A stretch of DNA of 64,000 nt, from NCBI GenBank assembly GCA_016928715.1, contig JAFGKG010000112.1, positions 969 to 64,968 of the forward strand, given 5' to 3'. Numbering within the stretch: position 1 is the stretch's first letter; each line of letters opens with the position of its first letter. The position numbers and the translations under genes are program-made. The notes under the pieces were generated by a model. The model saw only the letters and a list, made by a program, of their open reading frames with translations, searched no databases and was not told the origin of the DNA. Origin of the DNA: Chloroflexia bacterium. GTDB lineage: Bacteria; Chloroflexota; Chloroflexia; DTKN01. Below, in pieces: positions 53,328-62,749 of this stretch.

Positions 53328-55418
53328 TTGCCCGCAGAACAACTCTCCCCAGGACAGCGGGCCCTGGTCCAGGCGCCCCTGGACGTTGGCCAAACGGTGT
53401 TTCTGAGCGGGCCGGCCGGGGCCGGCAAGAGTTCCGTCCTGGCCGCCCGCCTCGTCTATCTGCTGGAACAGGACGTCCCCGCCTATGCCATCCTGGTACT
53501 GCTGCCCGACCGGCCGACCCGGGAGCGCCTGCGCCAGGCCCTGCGGGACGTCCCCCTGGGCCCATACGGCGATCTCTCCCTGCACACTTATTACAGCCTG
53601 GCCCAGCGGCTGGTGGCGCTGTTCTGGCCGCTGGTCGCCCGCCAGGCCGGTTTTGCCCATCCCGAACGCCCCCCCACGTTCATGACCTACGAGCTGGCCC
53701 AATACCACCTGCAGCGCGTCGTCGCGCCCCTATTGGAAGAGGGCTATTTCGAGGGCCTGCACCTGCACCCCCAGCGGCTGCTCTCCCAACTGCTGGACAA
53801 TCTCAACAAGGCCGCTCTCAACAACTATCCCCTGGGCGAGGTCGCCGCACGCCTGAGCGAGAGCTGGATCGGCCCCCCGGAACGGCTGACCGCCTTTCAG
53901 CAGGCTCAGGACTGTATCGAACGCTTCCGTGCCGACTGCCTGCAGCGCGGCCTGTTGGACCTTTCCCTCACCCTGCAGGTCTTTCAGCAGCTGCTGGAGC
54001 GCCCCCCCTTTTGGGACTATTTCGGCGAGCGCTACCGCCACCTGCTGGTGGACAATCTGGAGGAAAGCGTCCCCGCCATGCAGGACTTTTGCGGGCGTAT
54101 GCTGCCGTACTGTGAATCGGGCCTGCTGGTCTATAACGAGGCCGGAGGCTATCGCATCCTGCTGGGGGCCGAGTCCGAAGGGGCGCTGGCCCTGCGCCGG
54201 GCCTGCAGTGTACAGCGGCGCCTGGAGGCCCCGCCCAGGCCGGCCGAACGCCTGGCCCAGGTGGTGGCCATCCGCCTGGGCCAGGAGAGCGGCGCCCTGC
54301 CGGATGCCGGTGGCGCCCTGCTGGGTCTGATCCAGCGGCGCTACCGCAGCGACGTGATCCAGGCCGTGGCCGGGGAACTGGCCCGCTTGGTGCACCGGGA
54401 GCAAGTGCCCCCGCAAGAGATCGCTGTCGTGGCGCCCTACCTGGACGGGGTGCTGCGCTTTGCCCTGGGCCAGGCCTGCACCCGCCTGGAGGTGCCGCTG
54501 CACATTCTGCGGCGCTACCGCCGGCCGGCCGAGGAGCCCGCGGTCCGCGCTTTGCTTACCCTGGCCGCACTGCTCCAGCCCTCCTGGCGTGTTTTCTCCC
54601 ATCCCTATGACGTGGCCGAGGCCCTGGGCCAGGCCTTGCCCCAACTCGACCCCGTGCGCGCCGCCCTGCTGGGCTATTGGGTCTATGATCCCGTCGAATC
54701 CACCCTGCGCCCGCCGCAGGAGTTGAGCGAGCCGGCCCGCCGGCGGCTGGGTCCCACGCTGCAGGCCTACGAGCAGCATTTCTGGCCGCGCTGGCAGCAA
54801 GTCCAGCAGGCCGACACCCTGCCCTGGGAACACCTCCTGGCACACCTGCTGGCCCGCCTCCTGGATCGGGCCGTGCAGAGGCCCGACGTCTCCGTGGCCT
54901 GCGGCGAGCTGATCGAATCGGCCCGCCGCTTCCGGCGCATCTTTCCCCTCCTGCATGAGGATGAGGCGGAACGGGAGGTGGGCCGGCACTACCTGCACAT
55001 GCTGCAGGCCGGCCTGGTCACCGCCCAGTACCTACTGCCCCAGCCCGAGGCCCCCGCCGTGTGGGTGGCCCCGGCCCACTCCTACCTGCTGGCCGGCCGG
55101 CCCGTGCGGCGGCAGTTCTGGATGGACATTGGCTCCGTCGATTGGTGGGAGCCGCCCCAGCAGCCTCTGACCAATCCCTATGTGCTCTCGCGGCACTGGC
55201 CCCCACAGCAGCCCTGGAACGACGCCGCCGACTATGCCCGGCGCCAGGTCACCCTGACGCGGGTCGTGCGCGGGCTCACCCGGCGCTGTCAGGAGGGCAT
55301 TGTGCTCTGCCACAGCGATCTGGGCACGGCCGGCCAGGTGCAGGATGGCCCCCTGCTGCGGGCACTGCAGCCGGCGCTGCGGGCCTGGGAGGAGGCGCAC
55401 AATGTTCCAACCCCGTGA
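53328..55418 (+). CDS. UvrD/AddB-like helicase-fold protein with degenerate motif II (likely ATPase-impaired)
   Basis: TTG start. Walker A is LSGPAGAGKSS. The motif II position reads LLVDNLEESV instead of DExQD. The tail is UvrD_C-like (LTRVVRGLTRRCQEGIVLCHS). No nuclease motif is visible. Confidence 0.65.
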   Translation: MPAEQLSPGQRALVQAPLDVGQTVFLSGPAGAGKSSVLAARLVYLLEQDVPAYAILVLLPDRPTRERLRQALRDVPLGPYGDLSLHTYYSLAQRLVALFWPLVARQAGFAHPERPPTFMTYELAQYHLQRVVAPLLEEGYFEGLHLHPQRLLSQLLDNLNKAALNNYPLGEVAARLSESWIGPPERLTAFQQAQDCIERFRADCLQRGLLDLSLTLQVFQQLLERPPFWDYFGERYRHLLVDNLEESVPAMQDFCGRMLPYCESGLLVYNEAGGYRILLGAESEGALALRRACSVQRRLEAPPRPAERLAQVVAIRLGQESGALPDAGGALLGLIQRRYRSDVIQAVAGELARLVHREQVPPQEIAVVAPYLDGVLRFALGQACTRLEVPLHILRRYRRPAEEPAVRALLTLAALLQPSWRVFSHPYDVAEALGQALPQLDPVRAALLGYWVYDPVESTLRPPQELSEPARRRLGPTLQAYEQHFWPRWQQVQQADTLPWEHLLAHLLARLLDRAVQRPDVSVACGELIESARRFRRIFPLLHEDEAEREVGRHYLHMLQAGLVTAQYLLPQPEAPAVWVAPAHSYLLAGRPVRRQFWMDIGSVDWWEPPQQPLTNPYVLSRHWPPQQPWNDAADYARRQVTLTRVVRGLTRRCQEGIVLCHSDLGTAGQVQDGPLLRALQPALRAWEEAHNVPTP

Positions 55419-57660
55419 GGCCCAATCCCGGGTGCTGGACTACCAGGGCGGCTTTTTGGCGGTCTCGGCCGTGCCGGGCAGTGGCAAGACGGTTACCTTG
55501 GCGGCGTTGGCCGCACGCCTGCTGCCCGAACTGCCCGATGACGGCGCCGTTCTGGTCGTCACCTATATGAACTCGGCTGTGGACAATCTGCGCCACCGCA
55601 TCGATATGCAGCGGCGCGCCGGGGGGGTCCAGCAGGGGCGCTACGAGGTGCGCACTCTGCACAGCCTGGCCCGCGATATCCTGCTGCAGCAGCCTGGCCT
55701 GGCCGGCGTGGTCAGCGGGTTCCCCGTGCTCGACGAGCGCCTGAGCGGCGAACTGCGCGATCGGGCCACCGAGCTCTGGCTGCAGCGGCACCCCGACTTT
55801 TGGGCGGACCTGTTGGGCGAGGAGGACGGCGCCTCCCAGCGGCGGTTTTGGCAGCAGCGCCTGCTCGAGATCGCCGGTGCGGCCATCAAGCTGGCCAAGA
55901 ACCGCCGCTGGCGGCCCCGGGATCTCCTGGCCCGCCTGGAGGAGGCCGGCCGCTTCCATTTGGACCTGCCCCGTCTGGCCGCCGAGATCTATGCCCTCTA
56001 CCAATCCTTCGTAGAGAACAGCGGGGGGCTCGACTTTGACGACCTGGTCTGGCGGGCGGTGGACCTGCTGGAGTATGATCCCGATCTGCTGGAGCGCCTG
56101 CGGCGGCGCTGGCCCTACATCCTGGAGGACGAGGCCCAGGACAGCGTGCCGCTGCAGGAGGAACTGCTGGGCCGGCTGGCCGGTCCCCAGGGCAACTGGG
56201 TCCGGGTGGGCGATCCGAATCAGGCCATCACCAGCACCTTTACCGCGGCCCATCCCCGCTTTTTCCGCGCCTTTATGCAGCGGGAGGATGTCCAGACCAT
56301 TACCATGGAAGAGACCGGCCGCTGCGCTCCGCCCATTATGGTCCTGGCCAACCACCTGGTCGAGTGGACCTGCCGGCAGCACCCCCTGCCCGAGGTACGC
56401 CGGCGGGCCTTTCGCCTGCAGTACCTGCGCCCCGTCCCCCCGGGGGACGCCCAGGCCAACCCCCCGACGGAGGAGAGCCGCGTCGCCATCCGTGCCCGCG
56501 GCTACGAGCACCGCGAGCGGCAGGAACTGCCCCGCCTGGTCGAACTGCTGGAAAGCTACCGGCGGCGTTTTCCCCAGCGCACCCTGGCCGTGCTGGTTCC
56601 CACCAACGAGGTGGGCTATCGCCTGGTCGAACTCTTGCGCGAGCGGGACATCCCCCACGACGAGCTTTTGGAGAGCTCGGCCCAGGCCCGTGGGCTGGCC
56701 GGTACGCTGGCCGCGCTGCTGGCCTTTGCCGCCGAGCCCCTGAGCCGGGAAGCACTGGAGGCCAGCTTTCGGGCGCTGGTGGAGCAGGAATGGCTGGTCC
56801 TGCCCCCGGGCCAGGGCCAGCGCGAGCGGCTGGCCCTCCTGCTGCGCAGCCGCCTGGCCCCGGAGGTGCTGTTGTATCCGCAGGAAGGTCAGGAGCCCCT
56901 GCAGGCCCTGCCGGCCGGCCGGGCCAGGCCCCAGGATCTGGAGATCCTCGATCCCATGTTTGCCCTGCTGCGCCGGACCCTGCAGGCCGCCCCCCTGCCC
57001 ATCGACCAGTTCGTGCTGGTGCTGGCGGCGGAACTCTTTGGCCGGCCGGCCGACCTGGCCACCGTCCAGCAGGTGGCCGCCTACCTGCGCCTCCTGGCCC
57101 AGCAGGAACCCACCCTGCGCCTGCCCGACCTAGCCGGGGAGCTGCAGCGCATCGCCCAGGGCCGGCGCCGCTTTATCGGGCTGTCCGAGGACGACCTGGG
57201 CTTTGAGCCCCAGGCCGGCCGCGTCACCGTGGCTACCCAGCACCGGGCCAAGGGGCTGGAGTGGGACCTGGTCTGCCTGGCCGGCATCGACCGCTACTGG
57301 GTGCCCCACGACCTGGAGCAGGCCTTCCAGGGGAGCTACGAGCAGGTCGGCGGCAATCCCACCGCCATCGTGCAGGCCCAACTGCGCGCCCTCATGGGCG
57401 ATGCGGCGGCCAGCGCCGACCCCGTCGAGGCCACCCGCGAGGCCAACCTGGAGACCATCGCCGAGCGCCTGCGGCTGCTCTACGTCGGCCTCACCCGCGC
57501 CCGCCGGCACCTCTACGTCAGTTGGAGCCGGGTGGTGGAGGTCTATGGGCGGGACCGCGAGCAGGAGCCGACGCCGGTGCTGCTCGAGTTGGCCCGCTTT
57601 AACCGAACGGCTCCCGCAGACCCCGCACCACCGGCAGCATCCGCCCCTGCAGAAGGATAA
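55402..57660 (+). CDS. UvrD/PcrA-family ATP-dependent DNA helicase
   Basis: ATG at 55402 after GGGAGGAGG. It overlaps the upstream gene by 17 nt. Motifs AVPGSGKT, ILEDEAQDS, VGDPNQAI, TQHRAKGLEWDLV and LYVGLTRARRHLYVSW. Confidence 0.85.
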   Translation: MFQPREAQSRVLDYQGGFLAVSAVPGSGKTVTLAALAARLLPELPDDGAVLVVTYMNSAVDNLRHRIDMQRRAGGVQQGRYEVRTLHSLARDILLQQPGLAGVVSGFPVLDERLSGELRDRATELWLQRHPDFWADLLGEEDGASQRRFWQQRLLEIAGAAIKLAKNRRWRPRDLLARLEEAGRFHLDLPRLAAEIYALYQSFVENSGGLDFDDLVWRAVDLLEYDPDLLERLRRRWPYILEDEAQDSVPLQEELLGRLAGPQGNWVRVGDPNQAITSTFTAAHPRFFRAFMQREDVQTITMEETGRCAPPIMVLANHLVEWTCRQHPLPEVRRRAFRLQYLRPVPPGDAQANPPTEESRVAIRARGYEHRERQELPRLVELLESYRRRFPQRTLAVLVPTNEVGYRLVELLRERDIPHDELLESSAQARGLAGTLAALLAFAAEPLSREALEASFRALVEQEWLVLPPGQGQRERLALLLRSRLAPEVLLYPQEGQEPLQALPAGRARPQDLEILDPMFALLRRTLQAAPLPIDQFVLVLAAELFGRPADLATVQQVAAYLRLLAQQEPTLRLPDLAGELQRIAQGRRRFIGLSEDDLGFEPQAGRVTVATQHRAKGLEWDLVCLAGIDRYWVPHDLEQAFQGSYEQVGGNPTAIVQAQLRALMGDAAASADPVEATREANLETIAERLRLLYVGLTRARRHLYVSWSRVVEVYGRDREQEPTPVLLELARFNRTAPADPAPPAASAPAEG

Positions 57661-57665
57661 AGTCC

Positions 57666-58331
57666 ATGACTTCTCTGGAATTGACGTCGGAACTGTTGGC
57701 CTCGCTGGTGGATCACCTCTACCAGGAGGGCCAGGACGCTTTTCGCCAGGGCCATTTACGCGAATCCATGATCTGGTACGCCCAATGCCTGGAGATGCTC
57801 AAGGAATTGGGCGATCACAAGGGCATGATCTCGACCGTCCTCTACTATGCCGGCACGATCTATCGTCTCTCGGTCGAGCACTCGCAGGCGCTCGGCTTTT
57901 TTGAGGCCGTTCTCCGCCTCGAACAAGGGCAGGAGATCCAGGAGAGCACGGCCGATACACTCCGCTTGGTCGGGGAAGGCCTGGCCGAGATCGGATATGT
58001 CGAGAGGGCCAGGCCGGTCCTGTTCCAGGCGATCGAGATGTACCAGGCCCTGGATTTGCCGGAGAAAGGCGACCGCGCTCGTGAGCGTATGGATCGGCTG
58101 GGGACGGAAAGCGGGGCAGAACGGCCGGCGCTCGTTCTGAACGAACAAGCGCTCGAGTTCGCCATCCGGGTGGGGGAGGAGCCGGTGACGGGATTGGCCG
58201 TCGAGGTGGATGCTACGGTCAGTTGGCGGGCGCTGGGCGGATTGACGCGTTCGGTGGCCATCGGGCGAATACATCCCTGGAATGTGATTTGGGACAATCC
58301 TTTCTCCCTTGACGCTATACCCTCACTATAG
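57666..58331 (+). CDS. TPR-like repeat protein with unassigned C-terminal domain
   Basis: The start is 6 nt after the helicase stop. The N-terminal ~130 aa have a TPR-like helical-repeat pattern (AFRQGHLRESMIWYAQCLEM, YYAGTIYRLSVEHSQALGFFEAVL, LAEIGYVERARPVLFQAIEMYQ). Confidence 0.6.
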   Translation: MTSLELTSELLASLVDHLYQEGQDAFRQGHLRESMIWYAQCLEMLKELGDHKGMISTVLYYAGTIYRLSVEHSQALGFFEAVLRLEQGQEIQESTADTLRLVGEGLAEIGYVERARPVLFQAIEMYQALDLPEKGDRARERMDRLGTESGAERPALVLNEQALEFAIRVGEEPVTGLAVEVDATVSWRALGGLTRSVAIGRIHPWNVIWDNPFSLDAIPSL

Positions 58332-58337
58332 TATACT
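58309..58337 (+). promoter_or_regulatory. promoter of secreted glycosidase-like gene (TTGACG-17-TATACT)
   Basis: Hexamers at 58309..58314 and 58332..58337, inside the 3' end of the TPR gene. Confidence 0.55.
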
Positions 58338-58424
58338 ATCGGTAGACGCTTAGTGCACGATTTCGCAACTTCGTGCCGGGTTATTCCGCTGAATCTGTGG
58401 GCGCAGTTCCGCCGGGGAGAAACC

Positions 58425-59675
58425 GTGTCGAGCAAAAATCTCCTCAAGCCCTTGTTTTGCCTCCTTTCCATTCTCCTGTTTGCCATTCCAGGTTACGCAA
58501 CCCCTCAAGCGGAAACAGCTTCTCTCCCACCTCTGCCAACGGTATGGCAGATCATTTGGTCAGACCAGGTGTCAGTTCAAGAAGCCCAACGCTTAAAGTC
58601 AATGGGTTTTGACGCCTTGTTCAAGTGCGTCGCCTGTCGCCCCGCTTATCCCCAGACCCCGATTTGGGCGGCGGGCGAGTGGCGCCTAGTTGAAAGTGTA
58701 GAAGGTCAATATGACTGGAGCGATATGCGCCGCTGTCTGGATGCCGCGCTTCAGGCGAATATGTGGGTCATTCCTGAAATTGTAATCAACATTCCGCCGG
58801 ATTGGTTTGTGCAACGCTTTCCCGATTCTCTTCTCCAAGATAGTCGCGGGATCACCCTGACAAACCCCGATGAAACCGGCGCACCCTACCTGTTGAGTCC
58901 CTGGTTTATCGCGACAGGTGCGGCAGACGCTTACCTCGTACCCTATGTCAACTCATTTCTCGACCTTGTCTCTCCATATCCCAACGTCGCCGGCATCATG
59001 ATGGGAAACTTTAAACTGAACACGCTGCCTTGGGGCCTCGGCCCCAGCGATAGTGACCAGTTCACCTATTGGCCGATCTGGGATCAGGCGGCCCAAGCGA
59101 GTTATCGAGCAAGATTTGGGACGTTGCCCATTTCGACTTGGGACGACTACCAGGCCTTGGAGAACGCGGCCCAAGCGAATTTCCGCGACTGGCTCACCTC
59201 GGCGGTCAGGGAGAATTTGCAAAATCGTTATCTGCCTTGGGTGGCAAGTTTTCCAGGCTGGAAAGTGATCAATGCCTCCATCTGGAATGGAAACGAGGTG
59301 AGAGAAAGCATCTTTACGACCACTACCCCGGAGATGACTGCGGCCAAACAAACCGCCATCAAGCAGAGTGGAGTTGCGGGCATCGTGATCAACGATGATA
59401 ACCTGGGGGATTGTGGACTGGCAGGTCGACAACAAGAGGACATTGACCTGGCTGCAAGCAATGGCTTCAAGCTTGTCGGAGAACGGGTTCCGGGACTACC
59501 AGCTTGTGATTGGTCTGCCGTCTACACTATGTGGATTGGGTTTAATCCTCGCCCCGATGGCTTTGTCAATATTGCCGAGCCGGATGCGAGCTGGATCGGG
59601 CAATATCGGACCCTGTACGGAACAGCATCCGAGCCTTTATCGCTCAGGGTCTATGTCCCCCTTGTTCAAAAGTAG
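58425..59675 (+). CDS. secreted TIM-barrel glycoside-hydrolase-like protein (function tentative)
   Basis: GTG at 58425 after GGGGAG. The signal peptide is LLKPLFCLLSILLFAIPGYATPQAE. A GH42/GH35-like N-terminal pattern (EGQYDWSDMRRCLDAALQANMWVIPEI) was recognised only by eye. Lower GC than the flanks. Confidence 0.6.
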   Translation: MSSKNLLKPLFCLLSILLFAIPGYATPQAETASLPPLPTVWQIIWSDQVSVQEAQRLKSMGFDALFKCVACRPAYPQTPIWAAGEWRLVESVEGQYDWSDMRRCLDAALQANMWVIPEIVINIPPDWFVQRFPDSLLQDSRGITLTNPDETGAPYLLSPWFIATGAADAYLVPYVNSFLDLVSPYPNVAGIMMGNFKLNTLPWGLGPSDSDQFTYWPIWDQAAQASYRARFGTLPISTWDDYQALENAAQANFRDWLTSAVRENLQNRYLPWVASFPGWKVINASIWNGNEVRESIFTTTTPEMTAAKQTAIKQSGVAGIVINDDNLGDCGLAGRQQEDIDLAASNGFKLVGERVPGLPACDWSAVYTMWIGFNPRPDGFVNIAEPDASWIGQYRTLYGTASEPLSLRVYVPLVQK

Positions 59676-59695
59676 GCAAAAAGCGCGGGTGACGC

Positions 59696-59724
59696 TTGCA
59701 CAGAGCCCCGGCTCAAGGTATAAT
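59696..59724 (+). promoter_or_regulatory. promoter of P2-type ATPase gene (TTGCAC-17-TATAAT)
   Basis: Hexamers at 59696..59701 and 59719..59724. Confidence 0.65.
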
Positions 59725-59765
59725 AGCCCCAATGAGCCCAAGTCAGGCCTGAAACGGAGGAACCG

Positions 59766-62636
59766 ATGGAGCAAGCCCCAGACACCCGCATGGATGCCTA
59801 CGCCCTCAGCGCCGAGGACGTGGCCTCGGAACTATCGACCAACCTGGAGCAGGGACTGAGCAACGAGCAGGCCCAGGCCCTGCTGGCCCAGGTCGGCCCC
59901 AACGAACTTCCGCAGGAGGCCCCCACCCCGCTGTGGAAACGCTTCCTGGACCAATTCAAGAGCTTTCTCATCATCATCCTGCTCGTCGCAGCCCTGATCT
60001 CGGTCGGCGTGGCCATCTGGGGTCCCGAGAGCGGCGGCGAGGAGTTTATCGACGCCGGGGCCATTTTTGCCATCGTCCTGCTCAACGCGGTCATGGGCGT
60101 GGTCCAGGAGAGCCGCGCCGAGAACGCCCTGCGGGCGCTGCACCAAATGGCCGCGCCCAACGCCCAGGTCATTCGCGATGGCACCGCCCAGATGGTGCCG
60201 GCCCGCGAGCTGGTCCCCGGCGACCTGGTGATTCTAGAGGCCGGCAACTATGTCCCCGCCGACATACGCTTGGTGGAGAGCGCCAACCTGCGCATCGAGG
60301 AGGCTGCCCTGACCGGCGAATCCGTGCCGGTGGAAAAACGCGCCGCCGAGGTCTTTGATGACAATGTGCCGCTGGGCGACCGCGTCAACTGCGCTTTTAT
60401 GGGCACGGTGGTCAGCTATGGCCGCGGCCGGGGGGTCGTCGTCAGCACCGGGCAGCGCACCCAGTTGGGCCTCATTGCCGAGATGCTGCGCTCCTACGAG
60501 GCCGAGCCCACCCCGCTGCAGGTCAAGCTGGACCAGTTGGGGCGCTGGCTGGGTATTGCCTCCCTGGCCATCTGCGGTGTGGTCTTTGCTGTGGGGCTGA
60601 TGCGGCCGAGCGAGCTGCCCTTCAACGAGCGCCTGCTGGAAATGTTCATGATCGCGGTCAGTTTGGCTATCGCCGCGGTGCCGGAAGGGCTGCCGGCCGT
60701 CGTCACCGTCTGCCTGGCCCTGGGCACCCAGCGCATGCTGCGGCAGCACGCCCTGATCCGCAATCTGCCGGCCGTGGAAACACTGGGTTCAGCCACCGTC
60801 ATCTGTTCGGACAAGACCGGCACCCTGACCCAGAACGAGATGACCGTGGTCAAGCTCTACGCCGGCCACAATACCTACAGCGTCGAGGGCCGGGGCTACC
60901 AACCCTGGGGCCAGATCCACATAGAACAAAAAGAGTGCGACATGGCGCGCAACCCGGCCCTGCACGGATTGCTGCTCTGCGGCCTGCTCTGTAACGACGC
61001 CCGCCTGGAGCCGCACGAGGAGCAGGACCACGAACGCTACTACCGCATGATCGGCGACCCGACCGAGGGCGCCCTGGTCGTGCTGGCGGCCAAGGCCCAA
61101 CTCTGGCGCCCCGAGGTGGAAGAGCGCCTTCCCCGCCTGGACGAGGTCCCCTTTGACTCGACGCGCAAGCGCATGACGACCGTCCACCGCTGGACGGCCA
61201 ATGGCTCCGGCGAGCCTCTGCCCTTTGCCGAGGGTGTCCCCTACATGGCTTTTACCAAGGGTGCGCCCGACCTCCTGCTGGAGCGCTGCAATCGCATCGT
61301 CAGCGAGGGGCACATTCGCACCCTCAGCCAGGAGGACCGCCGGACGATCAGCGCGACCATGGACGGCATGGCCGGCGATGCCCTGCGCGTGTTGGCTCTG
61401 GCCTGCCGGCCGCTGGACGAGCTTCCCGCGGACGCCGACGAGGGCTTGGAGAACGATCTGGTCTTTTTGGGGCTGTCCGGTATGATTGACCCGCCCCGCC
61501 TCGAGGTCAGGCCGGCCATCCAAAAGGCCCGCCACGCCGGGATCAAGACCATCATGATCACCGGCGACCACAAGCGCACGGCCATGGCCATCGCCAACGA
61601 CCTGCACATGTTTACTCCCGGCCTCAAGGGCCTCACCGGGGCCGAGTTGGAGGAGATGGACCAGGACGAGTTCCGCCAAGTGGCCCAGATTGTGGACGTC
61701 TATGCCAGGGTCTCGCCCGAGCACAAGGTGCGCATCGTCGACGCCCTCAAGGAAAGGGGGCACATTGTGGCCATGACCGGCGACGGGGTCAACGATGCCC
61801 CCGCCCTCAAGAGGGCCGACATCGGTGTGGCCATGGGCATTACCGGCACCGATGTGGCCAAAGAGGCCGCCGACATGGTCCTGACCGACGACAACTATGC
61901 ATCTATCGTCTCGGCCGTGGAAGAGGGTCGGGTGATCTTTGCCAATATTCGCAAGTTTGTCTACTATTTGCTCTCCTGCAACGTCGGCGAGATCCTGATC
62001 ATCTTTTTGGCCACCCTCATGACCCGCTTTCCCGCGCTGCCGCTCCAGCCCATCCACCTGCTGATGATCAACCTGGTCACCGACGGCTTTCCAGCCCTGG
62101 CCCTGGGCATGGAGCCGGCCGAGCCCGGCGTGATGGATCGCCCCCCGCGCTCGCCCAAGGAGCCTATCATCAACCGCGAGATGTGGTGGGGCACCCTCCT
62201 GCAGAGCGTGCTGATCTGTATCTCCACCCTGGTCGCCTTTGCGGTGGGCCTGGAGTGGTTCGAGGGCGAGATCGAGCACGCCCAGACCTTTGCCTTTGCC
62301 ACCCTGGTGGTGACCGAGCTGCTGCGCGCCTTTACCACTCGCTCCGAGCGCGCGCCGATCTGGCGCCTGGGCCTGTTGACCAACCGCACCATGCTCTGGG
62401 CGGTGGGCAGCTCCCTGCTCGTCCTGCTGGCCATCATCTATGTACCCTTCCTGGACCCTATCTTTAACACCGTGCCGCTGACGCTCAAGGAATGGGAACT
62501 GCTCATCCCCCTGACGCTGCTGCCGGCCGTGGGCGCCGAACTCCGCAAGGTCTTTATGCGCTGGCGGGATAAACGTACCCAATCCGAGGGCGCCGTCGGC
62601 GAACTGGGCATCGATCTCGAGGAGGACGAGATCTAG
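59766..62636 (+). CDS. P2-type cation-transporting ATPase (Ca2+-ATPase, PacL/SERCA-like)
   Basis: Motifs [37 protein letters not shown] and [21 protein letters not shown]. Ten TM-type architecture. Confidence 0.92.
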   Translation: MEQAPDTRMDAYALSAEDVASELSTNLEQGLSNEQAQALLAQVGPNELPQEAPTPLWKRFLDQFKSFLIIILLVAALISVGVAIWGPESGGEEFIDAGAIFAIVLLNAVMGVVQESRAENALRALHQMAAPNAQVIRDGTAQMVPARELVPGDLVILEAGNYVPADIRLVESANLRIEEAALTGESVPVEKRAAEVFDDNVPLGDRVNCAFMGTVVSYGRGRGVVVSTGQRTQLGLIAEMLRSYEAEPTPLQVKLDQLGRWLGIASLAICGVVFAVGLMRPSELPFNERLLEMFMIAVSLAIAAVPEGLPAVVTVCLALGTQRMLRQHALIRNLPAVETLGSATVICSDKTGTLTQNEMTVVKLYAGHNTYSVEGRGYQPWGQIHIEQKECDMARNPALHGLLLCGLLCNDARLEPHEEQDHERYYRMIGDPTEGALVVLAAKAQLWRPEVEERLPRLDEVPFDSTRKRMTTVHRWTANGSGEPLPFAEGVPYMAFTKGAPDLLLERCNRIVSEGHIRTLSQEDRRTISATMDGMAGDALRVLALACRPLDELPADADEGLENDLVFLGLSGMIDPPRLEVRPAIQKARHAGIKTIMITGDHKRTAMAIANDLHMFTPGLKGLTGAELEEMDQDEFRQVAQIVDVYARVSPEHKVRIVDALKERGHIVAMTGDGVNDAPALKRADIGVAMGITGTDVAKEAADMVLTDDNYASIVSAVEEGRVIFANIRKFVYYLLSCNVGEILIIFLATLMTRFPALPLQPIHLLMINLVTDGFPALALGMEPAEPGVMDRPPRSPKEPIINREMWWGTLLQSVLICISTLVAFAVGLEWFEGEIEHAQTFAFATLVVTELLRAFTTRSERAPIWRLGLLTNRTMLWAVGSSLLVLLAIIYVPFLDPIFNTVPLTLKEWELLIPLTLLPAVGAELRKVFMRWRDKRTQSEGAVGELGIDLEEDEI

Positions 62637-62664
62637 AACCATACCCACCGTAAGACCGTGTTGC

Positions 62665-62686
62665 TGTCCCGGCAGGGGCGACGCAT
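62665..62686 (+). terminator. hairpin after the P2-type ATPase gene
   Basis: ggggcgacgca/tgcgtcgcccc is a perfect 22-nt palindrome followed by TCTTAT, which is a weak U-tract. Confidence 0.5.
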
Positions 62687-62749
62687 GCGTCGCCCCTCTT
62701 ATGCAGCACCTCCGGCCAGAGCCGGACGAGGCATTTTGGAGAGCCTGCG

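Noticed and set aside
60789-62648. A 619-aa minus-strand ORF across the P2-type ATPase.
   Set aside because: It is an antisense artefact. The plus frame has the DKTGT, TGES and [10 protein letters not shown] motifs.
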